From Candidatus Ozemobacteraceae bacterium (GTDB taxonomy: Bacteria > Muiribacteriota > Ozemobacteria > Ozemobacterales > Ozemobacteraceae): a stretch of DNA of 64,000 bases. A program made the translations under genes and the position numbers. The DNA lies in assembly GCA_036567845.1 (NCBI GenBank), contig DATCTT010000027.1:11-64010 (forward strand), written 5' to 3'. Position 1 is the first letter of the stretch, and each line of letters opens with the position of its first letter. Below are positions 1-11,011 of the stretch, in pieces. Under the pieces are notes generated by a model. The model made no database searches and was not told where the DNA came from. It saw only the letters and a list, made by a program, of their open reading frames with translations.

Positions 1-621
1 ATTTTTCAGGATGTTCAGAAACGTTTCGATCGTCTGCCGTGACGCGTCAGACGAGGAGACAAGGCTCGAGGTGAGATCCTCGATCACCGAGGAGCGGTGT
101 TCGGGTGGCACGAGGCGGGCGAGATTTTCGAGGGGGCCGGCGCTGGGTGGCGTGACGGCTAGTACGGACGGGATATCGCCCGGGGCAATCGTGATCCCGA
201 GTCTGGCGAGCAGATACGCGGCCAGCGGGCCGAGTGGCGGCGGTGAGAGCAGGGCCGGCCCGAAGCCGGCAAGCACGAGATCCTGCGGAAACAGCTTCAG
301 AAGCACGGCCGCCTGGCTGGGCGGCATGAGCGGGACAACGCTGCATGCGCGTTTCAGAAACATCGCGCGGACCGTCGCGTCGAACCGGGCGAGGGTCATG
401 GTTGCAAGCAGTGCCTGCGAAGGGGGAAGGGAGGGAAGCAGCGTGTCCCAGAATGCGGTGGGGGCGCCCTTGAGCGGCAGAAGAAGCAATTGCAGATCAG
501 CCCAAGTTGGCCGCTGCAGCGGATCACCCGCCTCATCGGCCCAGGCGGCGAGGAGCTTCCGCAGGTCCTGGGTGGGTGACGAGCCCGTCGAACCCGGGGA
601 CCGCGTGCTGCCGGTGCTCAT
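1..621 (-). CDS. Hypothetical protein, partial; the C-terminus runs off the window start
   Basis: My own minus-strand translation from ATG (reverse complement of 619-621) gives MSTGSTRSPGSTGSSPTQDLRKLLAAWADEAGDP...TFLNILKN, with no stop before position 1. It is absent from the ORF track because no stop lies in the window. The overlapping plus ORF 11..643 is Arg/Ser-rich, consistent with an off-frame artefact. Confidence 0.4.
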   Translation of the reverse strand, partial: MSTGSTRSPGSTGSSPTQDLRKLLAAWADEAGDPLQRPTWADLQLLLLPLKGAPTAFWDTLLPSLPPSQALLATMTLARFDATVRAMFLKRACSVVPLMPPSQAAVLLKLFPQDLVLAGFGPALLSPPPLGPLAAYLLARLGITIAPGDIPSVLAVTPPSAGPLENLARLVPPEHRSSVIEDLTSSLVSSSDASRQTIETFLNILKN

Positions 622-766
622 ACCTGTGTCTCGAACTGCATAACTATTTTTCATTATGCCATTTCCACGTGTCTGACGCAAACCAGATGGGCAATCCCGG
701 ACAGCCGCAAGCCTTCCGGACCGGCATCTCGCGTTCGACCGAAGAGTGCGGTATTCTGTTGGCATC

Positions 767-1687
767 ATGAAACGCTTCGATGTCGCCGGGCTGGGCCAGT
801 GTTCCATCGATCTGCTGGCCACGGTGTCGGCATACCCGCCAGTCGATGTGAAAGCCGAAACCTCCGCGTTCGAGATCCAGGGCGGCGGTCCCGTTGCGAC
901 GGCTCTCGTCGCGGCTTCCCGGCTTGGCCTCTCCACCGCCTTTCTCGGAAAGATCGGGGGGGATGAGTATGGCGAGCTGATCCGCAAAGGTCTCGAAGAT
1001 GAGCGGGTGAACCTCGAAGGACTGGTGACGGCCCCGGAAAAGACATCCCAGACCGCGTTCATCGCCGTCGAGCAGGGAAGCGGCCGCCGAACCATCTTCT
1101 GGCACCGCGGCTCCGCGTTTCCCCTCGAGGTGGACGAGCTGCAGAAGGACGTCATCCGGCAAAGCCGTTTTCTCCACCTCGACGGGCTTCACATCCAGGC
1201 TTCGTTCGAGGCGGCAAAGCTCGCGCGTCGCATGAAGATTCCCGTCATGCTCGATTCAGGCACATACCGACCCGAAATCGAGCCCCTGCTGCCGCTGATC
1301 GACTACCTCGTCGTCGGAAAAGGTTTTGCGTTCAGCTTTCTCAACACGAAAGATCCGGTCGAAGCCCTCCAGGAGCTGACAACCTACGGATGCCGCATGG
1401 TCTGCATCACGCTGGGTGATGAGGGCTGCGTGGCGGCCGCAAACGGGGTGCTGTTCCGCCAGCGCGCCTGGAAGGTCAGCCCGCTCATCGATACGACCGG
1501 GTGTGGCGATGCCTTCCACGGCGGGTTGATCTACGCCTTGCTGAAACAATGGCCCACCCCGACATGCCTTGGCTTTGCCGCTGCTGTCGCGGCTCTCAAA
1601 TGCCGTGCCCTTGGCGGCCGCACTGCCCTCCCGACTCTCGAACAGGCTCTGAGCCTGCTTCCGAAGCGTCTGCAGCCCGTTTCCTGA
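767..1687 (+). CDS. PfkB-family carbohydrate kinase (ribokinase/fructokinase-like)
   Basis: MKRFDVAGLGQCSIDLL at the N-terminus and the PfkB signature-2 DTTGCGDAFHGGLIYAL near the C-terminus. ATG at 767 is in frame with ORF 746..1687. Confidence 0.85.
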   Translation: MKRFDVAGLGQCSIDLLATVSAYPPVDVKAETSAFEIQGGGPVATALVAASRLGLSTAFLGKIGGDEYGELIRKGLEDERVNLEGLVTAPEKTSQTAFIAVEQGSGRRTIFWHRGSAFPLEVDELQKDVIRQSRFLHLDGLHIQASFEAAKLARRMKIPVMLDSGTYRPEIEPLLPLIDYLVVGKGFAFSFLNTKDPVEALQELTTYGCRMVCITLGDEGCVAAANGVLFRQRAWKVSPLIDTTGCGDAFHGGLIYALLKQWPTPTCLGFAAAVAALKCRALGGRTALPTLEQALSLLPKRLQPVS

Positions 1688-1871
1688 CGGTTTCCGGGGC
1701 AGGTGCCGGCCGGAATGGCGGCTATCTGAGACATCCGTGCCGTTCGAGGGGATAGATCCGAGGTCACAACCGGCCCGGGCATTGACGGGTTCCGGTTTCA
1801 TTCCTATAATTGATACAACGTTGTACACCCGACCCGGAAAAATCCGCTCCAGAAGGGAATGGAGGTTGCAT

Positions 1872-3422
1872 ATGATGTTTCGCACAAAAACCAGGATTCG
1901 TATCATTTCGCTTTTCACCGCCCTGATGTTCGTGGCTTCGACGTTTGGGGCCTACGCACAGCAGGGAACGATGGTTCAGCAGATCCCTGCCGGAACCAAG
2001 GTCGACCTCTCTTCCCTCGCGAACAATGTTCCCGAGATCGGCATGCTCAAGACCAATCTGGGCACGATCGAGGCGGCGCTCAAACAGATCGAAACCACGG
2101 CGGCGCCGCTCTACAACAAGGTCGCCCCGTCCAACATGGAAGCCATGACCATCGGTGAACGGATCAAGGCGATTCTCGGCAACACCAAGTCGATGGTCAA
2201 CGACAGCATGAGCACCTACAAAGGCCAAGTCAACGACTGGTATGCGCAGCGCGGTCTTCCCGCCGATCCATCGTTCGAGCAACAGCTCGGCGTGGGGCTC
2301 AATGAGCTCGGCGTTCAGGCCGGCCAGATGCCCTTGAATGGCAAGGGTGACGCGATCGTTGCCAAGCTCAAGACGATTGTTGATGCGATCAAGACCAAGA
2401 TGCAGACGATCATCAACGCCATCCGTGCCCGCATCGTGGCCCTGGCCCAGAAGGTCGGCCTCATGAAGAAGGACGAGAAGGGCCCGGCCAAGGACAAGAC
2501 GGGGTCGATCGAGCCCCAGGCCGACGTGCAGTATGCCGACACCTTCTCCGGCAAACTCCAGAAGGGCGTTGCTGAAGGCACCAAGAATGCCAAGCAGTCG
2601 CTCAAGAGCAGCTTCTCATTTACCAACCTGGCCGTGACCACGACCGTCGCGGTGGGCACCAACTTGGCCCTGCAGATGATCAAGGGTGAGAAGCCCTCGT
2701 TCGGAAAGGCCGCCAAGGCCGTTGCATCGCTTGAGTTCGCTGGCAGCGTCGTGGGTTCCGCAATTGGTGCCGCAGGTGGTCAGTTCACCGCTTCGATCGT
2801 CCGCTCCTTCCTGCCCGGCCCGATCGGCTGCCTCGTGGGCGCCGTGATCCCGGTCATGATGGGCTCGGCCGCCGGCCAGATCGGCTCCTCGCTTGCCGGT
2901 GACATCAAGAACCGCCAGTTCGACCTGGGCAAGGCGATCAAGTCGATCGACCCCGTGGATCTGATCGGCTCCTCAATCGGTTCCACCATCGGCATGGCGC
3001 TTCTCTCGCCGATCCCCGTCATTGGGCCGATCATCGGCGGTATCGTCGGCGGCGTCGTGGGCAGCAAGGTTGCCAAATGGGTCCAGGGGATCTTCAAGGG
3101 CAACAAGATCAGCATCTTCAACCGCGGCCGGAACTTCACCCCCTCTTCGAGCTCGAACTCCAGCTCCGGCATCACCTTCGGCAGCGGCCAGAGCTTGGGC
3201 ATCTTCACCGGCGGCCAGGCCGGCAACGGCATGATCCCGACCGGCAACGCCGAAACCCCGGTCAGCGGCGATGTCCAGACTGTCGAGAAGAAGTATTACG
3301 AGACCTATCTCAACTACAACCGCCTGGTCGAAGCCGGCAAATACGACGAAGCCAAGAAGGTGTACGAAGACCTCAAGGTGTATTCCGACCAGTATAACGC
3401 CCTCAAGAACCAGGCCAAGTAA
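1872..3422 (+). CDS. Secreted protein with a glycine-zipper-like hydrophobic segment and a C-terminal coiled-coil/Lys-Tyr-rich tail; function unknown
   Basis: GGAGG at 1861-1865 then ATG at 1872. Signal peptide MMFRTKTRIRIISLFTALMFVASTFGAYAQQ. A Gly-rich small-residue segment GSVVGSAIGAAGG...IGGIVGGVVGSKV. C-terminal KKYYETYLNYNRLVEAGKYDEAKKVYEDLKVYSDQYNALKNQAK. Confidence 0.7.
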   Translation: MMFRTKTRIRIISLFTALMFVASTFGAYAQQGTMVQQIPAGTKVDLSSLANNVPEIGMLKTNLGTIEAALKQIETTAAPLYNKVAPSNMEAMTIGERIKAILGNTKSMVNDSMSTYKGQVNDWYAQRGLPADPSFEQQLGVGLNELGVQAGQMPLNGKGDAIVAKLKTIVDAIKTKMQTIINAIRARIVALAQKVGLMKKDEKGPAKDKTGSIEPQADVQYADTFSGKLQKGVAEGTKNAKQSLKSSFSFTNLAVTTTVAVGTNLALQMIKGEKPSFGKAAKAVASLEFAGSVVGSAIGAAGGQFTASIVRSFLPGPIGCLVGAVIPVMMGSAAGQIGSSLAGDIKNRQFDLGKAIKSIDPVDLIGSSIGSTIGMALLSPIPVIGPIIGGIVGGVVGSKVAKWVQGIFKGNKISIFNRGRNFTPSSSSNSSSGITFGSGQSLGIFTGGQAGNGMIPTGNAETPVSGDVQTVEKKYYETYLNYNRLVEAGKYDEAKKVYEDLKVYSDQYNALKNQAK

Positions 3423-3444
3423 GCTCTTCCTCCTGTCCGAATCC

Positions 3445-3478
3445 AAACCCCCGTCGGCATTGCCGGCGGGGGTTTCCC
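3445..3478 (+). terminator. Rho-independent terminator after the glycine-zipper protein gene
   Basis: Stem cccccgtcggca (3448-3459) pairs with tgccggcggggg (3461-3472, one mismatch), followed by a TTT run. Confidence 0.6.
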
Positions 3479-3577
3479 TTTCGCTGCATTTGCGCCGCTG
3501 GCGGATTGACGGGAATCCGGGGGTGTAGTACCATTCTGCGCCATCGATCGTCAGGTCCGGTTCGTGGAGGCGGAACA

Positions 3578-4813
3578 GTGAAGATTCTCGTTCTGGGTTC
3601 AGGAGCGCGCGAACACGCGCTGGTGCACTCTCTCTCCCATTCCCCCTCGGTACTGAAAATTTATGCCTGCCCCGGGAACGCCGGCATGCGGGATATCGCG
3701 GTCTGCCAGCCGTTCCGCGGGAACGCCGAACTGGTTCAGTTCGCCCGCGACAACGTCGAGCTGGCCGTGATCGGCTCGTCACGCTATGTCGCCGAGGGAA
3801 CCGTCGATGCCCTGGTGCGCGCCGGCATCCCCGTCATCGGACCTGCTGCCGACGCCGGCCGAATCGAGACCAGCAAAGCCTTTGCGGCGGCGTTCATGGT
3901 CAAGCACAACATCCCCTCGCCGATGACCCAGGTGGTCGCGAACCCGCGCGAGGCCGAGAAGTTTCTCGACGAGAACCCCTGGGTGCGTGTCGTCAAGTGC
4001 GACGGCTTCTCCCGCGGAAGCGGCGTTGCCGTCGTCGACTCGACCGACGAGGCCAAAGAAGCCGCACATCGCCTGTTCAAGGCCTTTGGCCCGCCGATCA
4101 TCCTGCAGGAGCGCGTCAAGGGCGTCGAGTGCTCCTACACCATCCTGACCGACGGCCGACAATGGGTTTCCTTCAGCTCCTGCCGCGATTACAAACGTGC
4201 GAACGACAACGAGACCGGCCCGACGACCGGTGGCCTGGGCGCCGTCAGCCCCTCGCCCGATCTGACACCCGAGCTCGAGGAGCGGATCCGGCAGCGCATC
4301 GTCCTGCCTGCTGTGGCCGGGATGCAGAGCGACAAGCTGTTGTATCGTGGCTTCCTCTCGTTCCAGCTCATGCTGACGCCGAGCGGCCCCAAAGTGCTCG
4401 AGTTCAACGCCCGCCTCGGGGATCCCGAAACCCAGAGCATTCTCGCCCGGTTCCGGGGGAACTTGGCCACCCTGCTGATGGACTGCGCGCTCGGTCGTCT
4501 CGACTCGACCGGTTCCGAGGTCGCTTTCGGGAAGCACAGCGCCGTCTCGGTCGTGCTTGCCCGGGCCGGATACCCCCTTGACGAACAAGTCCTGCCCGAG
4601 ATCCGGAAGCTGGAGGACGTGAAAGACTCGACGATCTTTCATGCCTCGAACGAGCTTGGCCCGTCCGGTGAGTGGGTGTTCCGCAGCGGCCGCCTCATCA
4701 CCCTTTCGGCGGTCGGTGAGACCCTCGCCGATGCCCGCCGCATCGTCTACGGCGATATCGATCGGCTGATGCTGAAGAATATCCATTTCCGGCGGGACAT
4801 CGGCGCCTCCTGA
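3578..4813 (+). CDS. purD: Phosphoribosylamine--glycine ligase (GAR synthetase)
   Basis: GGAGG at 3566-3570 then GTG at 3578. VKILVLGSGAREHAL is the classic PurD N-terminus, with an ATP-grasp body and a length of about 410 aa. Confidence 0.9.
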   Translation: MKILVLGSGAREHALVHSLSHSPSVLKIYACPGNAGMRDIAVCQPFRGNAELVQFARDNVELAVIGSSRYVAEGTVDALVRAGIPVIGPAADAGRIETSKAFAAAFMVKHNIPSPMTQVVANPREAEKFLDENPWVRVVKCDGFSRGSGVAVVDSTDEAKEAAHRLFKAFGPPIILQERVKGVECSYTILTDGRQWVSFSSCRDYKRANDNETGPTTGGLGAVSPSPDLTPELEERIRQRIVLPAVAGMQSDKLLYRGFLSFQLMLTPSGPKVLEFNARLGDPETQSILARFRGNLATLLMDCALGRLDSTGSEVAFGKHSAVSVVLARAGYPLDEQVLPEIRKLEDVKDSTIFHASNELGPSGEWVFRSGRLITLSAVGETLADARRIVYGDIDRLMLKNIHFRRDIGAS

Positions 4814-4844
4814 GATGCCCCGCAACCAGACTTCCTGAAAAACC

Positions 4845-4880
4845 ATCAGGCCCCGGATTCCTCCGGGGCCTGATATTTTC
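4845..4880. terminator. Bidirectional hairpin terminator between the convergent purD and PLD genes
   Basis: caggccccgg (4847-4856), loop attcct, ccggggcctg (4863-4872), followed by atattttc. Confidence 0.55.
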
Positions 4881-4893
4881 AGATATATATATA

Positions 4894-7146
4894 TCAAATC
4901 ATCGATTTCAGGAAGGTGAGCTTCGAAAGCGTCTTCATCAGCCACATCTTCTTGCCGGGCAGATCGTCCGGACCGAAGACCGCCTTCGCGTTCCCCTTGT
5001 CATCCAGCTCGATCCGATATTCCTTCGACACCGCGATGTCACTCATGATGCCGGACCGGAGCTCCGCGGCGAAGGCACGGGACTTGATCGCGGCGACGAC
5101 TTCCGAGTTTACTTCCTCGCTCAGGTAGTCCATGTTGTAGGTGCCGATAACCGCGACCTTGCCGTCGAACACAAAGGTTTTCGCATGGAGCTTGCGCTGC
5201 GCGGCGAAGGTGAAGATGCGGGCGGTCGGGATTTCCTTGAGAATGCGTTTCCAGTCCGCATAGAACATCGCCTGGGTCGCGAGACTGTCGGTCGAGGCGG
5301 GGCTGTTGGTGTGGATGATGATCCGCACGCCGCGTGCGCTGGCGCGCTTGAGGGCTGCGTTCGCCCGTTCCGTCAGGACGACATAGGGGTTCTGGATCAC
5401 GATCTCGGAGCGGGCACCGTCCATGAACCGGATCAGCTGGTCGGTGATGTCGTTGCGGGGGCCGGCGAGCGAGTGCTTGTCGATGATCTTGACCGGTGCC
5501 TCGTGCGCTCCGGCGAAGGATTCGAAGCCGCTGAAACCCTTCAGATGCTTGTAATTGGCGAGTTCTGTTTGATACTCGGTGAGCGCCTTGGTCCGCCGTT
5601 TGTCCAGGTTCTGGGCCGTGGTCAGCGCGTTACCGCCGATGTGGGCGGACATGGCGTCGAAGGCGAGCTCCAGCTCCTTGCTCATCACGTCGATGTTGCC
5701 CCACAGATCCTTCGTGATGTTCGTCTGCTTGCGCTCGGTGAACTCCTCGTCGAACGCCAGGTCGAGCTGCTTCGCGATGGCGGCGCTGCGGACGACCACG
5801 TCACAGTCACGATACGCCGTCGGCATGTCTTCCGGATCGACGAAGTAGTGGCTCGAGATGTTGCGGCCGCCCACGACCGAATACTCCCCGTCGACAACGA
5901 GAATCTTGTCGTGGTTGCTGGCCATCAGCTTGCGCGGGTCGAGCACGAACGTCACGAGATTCTCATGAACTGGGTTGAACACCTTGACTTCGACGTTGGG
6001 ATAGCTGACCAGTTCCTGGACGAAATCCTGGCCCATCAGCTTGCGCGTGAAGCCCTTCGTGCCGCGGGCATCCATCATGAACCGGATCTTGAGCCCTTCG
6101 CGGGCCTTGCGCAGCAGCGCGCCCTGGAGAGCCAGGCCGAAGATATCCTTGTCGACGATGAAATACTGGATGTCGATCGAGGTGCGGGCTTCGTTGACCA
6201 GCTTCCAGCGGGTGTACCAGGCATCCGAGTTCTGATACAGCAGCCGGACGTCAGCCGCATCGTCACTCCCGCCCGAGGCCGGCCGGAACTGGTCGAAGCT
6301 GATGTCGGGCGCTGGCAGGAAACGGGCTGCAAGGTTCTCATAGGCGATCATGAACGTCTTGTAGTCGTCCTGTATGTTCGTGAACGACCAGACGTTCTTG
6401 AAATACGAGCCGAACCGGAAAATCTTGACCGGGAAGGCGAGCCACGAGGTGTCGCGATACTTGCCATACTGCGCGGCCACGACGGAATACTTGGTCGAAA
6501 GGGTGGTCTTCCACTGGTCGAACTGTTTGTTCGCGGCGTAATACTTGAGCCGGGCCTGCGCTTCGCCGGCCCAGGCGGGGTTGCGGGTGTCGGAAGCGAG
6601 TTGCTGCAGGATCTCAGTGGCCTTGGCTGTGTCGCCCTTGAGCTGTTCATAGGCTTTGGCCAGCTCATACTTCAACTGTGCCGCATGGGCCGAGGCTGGA
6701 TTGGCCTGAAGATACTGCTCGATACGGGAAATGGCCGCATCGGGGGATTTCCGGTTCTGGTCGCTCCAGAGCGCCTGGAGCATACTGCGGATCTCGGTGG
6801 GAAGCTGGGGGGCGACCTTCGCTGAGGAGGTCGAGCCCGTGGAGGAGGTCGCGGACTCGTCGGTGCCGGAAGGCGTCGCCGTTTCCTGATCGATATCCGA
6901 AGCTGCCTGCGCTTCGTCCGTCGACTGGTTCAACGTTGCCTCGTAGGCGCCCTTGGCCTGGGTGTAGGCAGCGAGCGCCTTCTTCACCTCGGTCTCGGAA
7001 AGTCCCTTCGAGACGGCGTCCTGATACGCCTTGTAGGTGGAGATATACTGGTCGTAAACGGCCCGTGTGTCGGTCTGGCCGAACGCGGTTGCCGATGCCA
7101 GCATGAGGAACAGGGACATCCGGACCCAGGTCGACGGAGTGCGCTT
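4894..7146 (-). CDS. Secreted phospholipase D-family protein (two HKD motifs) with an N-terminal TPR-like/low-complexity region
   Basis: RBS GGGAGG 7 nt upstream of ATG (7146). Signal peptide MKRTPSTWVRMSLFLMLASATAFGQ. HKD motifs NHDKILVVDGEYSVVGGRNI and KLHAKTFVFDGKVAVIGTYNMD. Confidence 0.85.
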   Translation of the reverse strand, partial: KRTPSTWVRMSLFLMLASATAFGQTDTRAVYDQYISTYKAYQDAVSKGLSETEVKKALAAYTQAKGAYEATLNQSTDEAQAASDIDQETATPSGTDESATSSTGSTSSAKVAPQLPTEIRSMLQALWSDQNRKSPDAAISRIEQYLQANPASAHAAQLKYELAKAYEQLKGDTAKATEILQQLASDTRNPAWAGEAQARLKYYAANKQFDQWKTTLSTKYSVVAAQYGKYRDTSWLAFPVKIFRFGSYFKNVWSFTNIQDDYKTFMIAYENLAARFLPAPDISFDQFRPASGGSDDAADVRLLYQNSDAWYTRWKLVNEARTSIDIQYFIVDKDIFGLALQGALLRKAREGLKIRFMMDARGTKGFTRKLMGQDFVQELVSYPNVEVKVFNPVHENLVTFVLDPRKLMASNHDKILVVDGEYSVVGGRNISSHYFVDPEDMPTAYRDCDVVVRSAAIAKQLDLAFDEEFTERKQTNITKDLWGNIDVMSKELELAFDAMSAHIGGNALTTAQNLDKRRTKALTEYQTELANYKHLKGFSGFESFAGAHEAPVKIIDKHSLAGPRNDITDQLIRFMDGARSEIVIQNPYVVLTERANAALKRASARGVRIIIHTNSPASTDSLATQAMFYADWKRILKEIPTARIFTFAAQRKLHAKTFVFDGKVAVIGTYNMDYLSEEVNSEVVAAIKSRAFAAELRSGIMSDIAVSKEYRIELDDKGNAKAVFGPDDLPGKKMWLMKTLSKLTFLKSMI

Positions 7147-7354
7147 CATACGGTACCTCCCAGGCTCTTCAAAGGATAATTTGTCCAATTATACGAGCGA
7201 ACCCGGGGGGGGCGTAAAGGGTACGCAGTTCCCCGCGAAGAATCTCACGAGAGATTTGAGAGGTTCTCGCAAGGGGGAAGGGGGCGACACGGGAGACCTC
7301 TGTACGTATTCTGGATGAGAATTTCCTGCGGCAATTGGCAGAAACGAGGAGTTT

Positions 7355-7894
7355 TCAGGCGGGGCTTGAGGGCGCCGGATAGCGGAACAGGCCAGAAATG
7401 CCCAGCAGGATGGCGGCGAGGAGCGGCAGGAAGGCGATCCGGATGAGATGCGGCCCCTGGAACAGGTACACCTTCACCTGGCCGGGCTCCTGCTGGGTCA
7501 GCCGAAGCGTGTAGGTGCCGTTGCGTGTGGCGGGGGCATAGATGGTCTGCCAGGTTGGGGGGGCCGCCGGGTCAGGCGGCCGGAGGAGATGAACCGTCTG
7601 ATCGGTCACGGGGGCGTTGTCGGGGTTCAGGACCTCGATACGAACATCACGGAGTTCACGCTGTTTCGCCCCAACATCGATACGGAACGGATCCCCGGCC
7701 GTTGCCGCGAAGGTGAGCTCCGATGCGAACGGCGTGGCAGGGGCCTGTGCGGGTTCGAGGCCGAGCATTCCTTCGCCGATGCCGGCCTGAAAATAATTCG
7801 GATCGATCAGGAGAAGGGCCGCTGTTAGAATACCAAGAACGATAAAATAGCGGATGATGATCCAGGCCACGCCTCCGCGTCGGTGCTCTCGCAT
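7355..7894 (-). CDS. Hypothetical membrane protein (N- and C-terminal TM segments)
   Basis: RBS GGAGGGAG 8 nt upstream of ATG (7894). MREHRRGGVAWIIIRYFIVLGILTAALLLI forms a TM helix, and the C-terminal IAFLPLLAAILLGISGLF is also hydrophobic. It lies downstream of clpB on the same strand. Confidence 0.45.
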   Translation of the reverse strand: MREHRRGGVAWIIIRYFIVLGILTAALLLIDPNYFQAGIGEGMLGLEPAQAPATPFASELTFAATAGDPFRIDVGAKQRELRDVRIEVLNPDNAPVTDQTVHLLRPPDPAAPPTWQTIYAPATRNGTYTLRLTQQEPGQVKVYLFQGPHLIRIAFLPLLAAILLGISGLFRYPAPSSPA

Positions 7895-8062
7895 GCGTTT
7901 CACTCCCTCCAATCCCTTTCTCCCGTGGTGCCTGCCGGTTCCCGCGGCACGCCCCATACCGATACGATATCAAAAATCCGTTCCCCAGGTATGCCTATTG
8001 GTGAATGTTGCGGGGTGGGTGTGGGGGCGGGTCTCAGACCCGCCCCTACGGAAACATCGATG

Positions 8063-10675
<2,613 letters not shown>

Positions 10676-10793
10676 TGATATCTAACCTCCGGCGTCCGCC
10701 GCGGGTGAAAAAAGATGTTCCCCGCTGTAACTAACAAAAATCGTGCCACAGGCAAAAGTGTCTCTGGAAGACCGCTGTCACCGGTCGAACACG

Positions 10794-10805
10794 TGCGACG
10801 TCGCA
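10794..10805. promoter_or_regulatory. Perfect 12-bp palindrome TGCGACGTCGCA in the clpB/aclB divergent intergenic region (candidate regulator site)
   Basis: The sequence equals its own reverse complement and sits in the 336-bp divergent region. No CIRCE or clear sigma32 motif was seen. Confidence 0.25.
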
Positions 10806-10931
10806 TCAGACAGCCTCCCGCGCGACGTTTCCGTCGCATCCAGATGCCCCCAAGTGCCGGGCGAAACACGATCGCCCGCCTCTCCTCGGCTCCCGCCTGT
10901 TTTCTCGCCAGCCGGCTCGCATATCGCCGCT

Positions 10932-10962
10932 TGACGGTTGAGGGAAGGTACTATATACCCAT
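10932..10962 (+). promoter_or_regulatory. Sigma70-like promoter candidate for aclB
   Basis: cTTGACG, a 15-16 nt spacer, then TATATA; about 45 nt upstream of the aclB ATG. Confidence 0.3.
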
Positions 10963-11011
10963 AGAACATGCGGCCCCAGAGAGCCGTATGACAGGGAAAG
11001 GAGCAGGATTC

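Noticed and set aside
11-1192. Listed ORFs 11..643 (+), 47..346 (-) and 644..1192 (-)
   Set aside because: An unlisted minus-strand frame starting at 621 and running off the window gives a more protein-like translation. 644..1192 is antisense to the PfkB kinase.
3779-4945. 388-aa minus-strand ORF overlapping purD
   Set aside because: Antisense to a confidently identified purD. Arg/Gly/Ala-rich composition typical of high-GC shadow frames. No motif.
5185-6825. 546-aa plus-strand ORF inside the PLD gene
   Set aside because: Antisense to a gene with two intact HKD motifs. Repetitive G/V/D/E/L composition. No RBS or recognisable fold.
10676-10800. Search for CIRCE/HrcA or a sigma32 promoter upstream of clpB
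   Set aside because: No TTAGCACTC-N9-GAGTGCTAA and no CTTGAAA...CCCCAT pattern was found by eye. Only the 12-bp palindrome was retained, as a low-confidence site.
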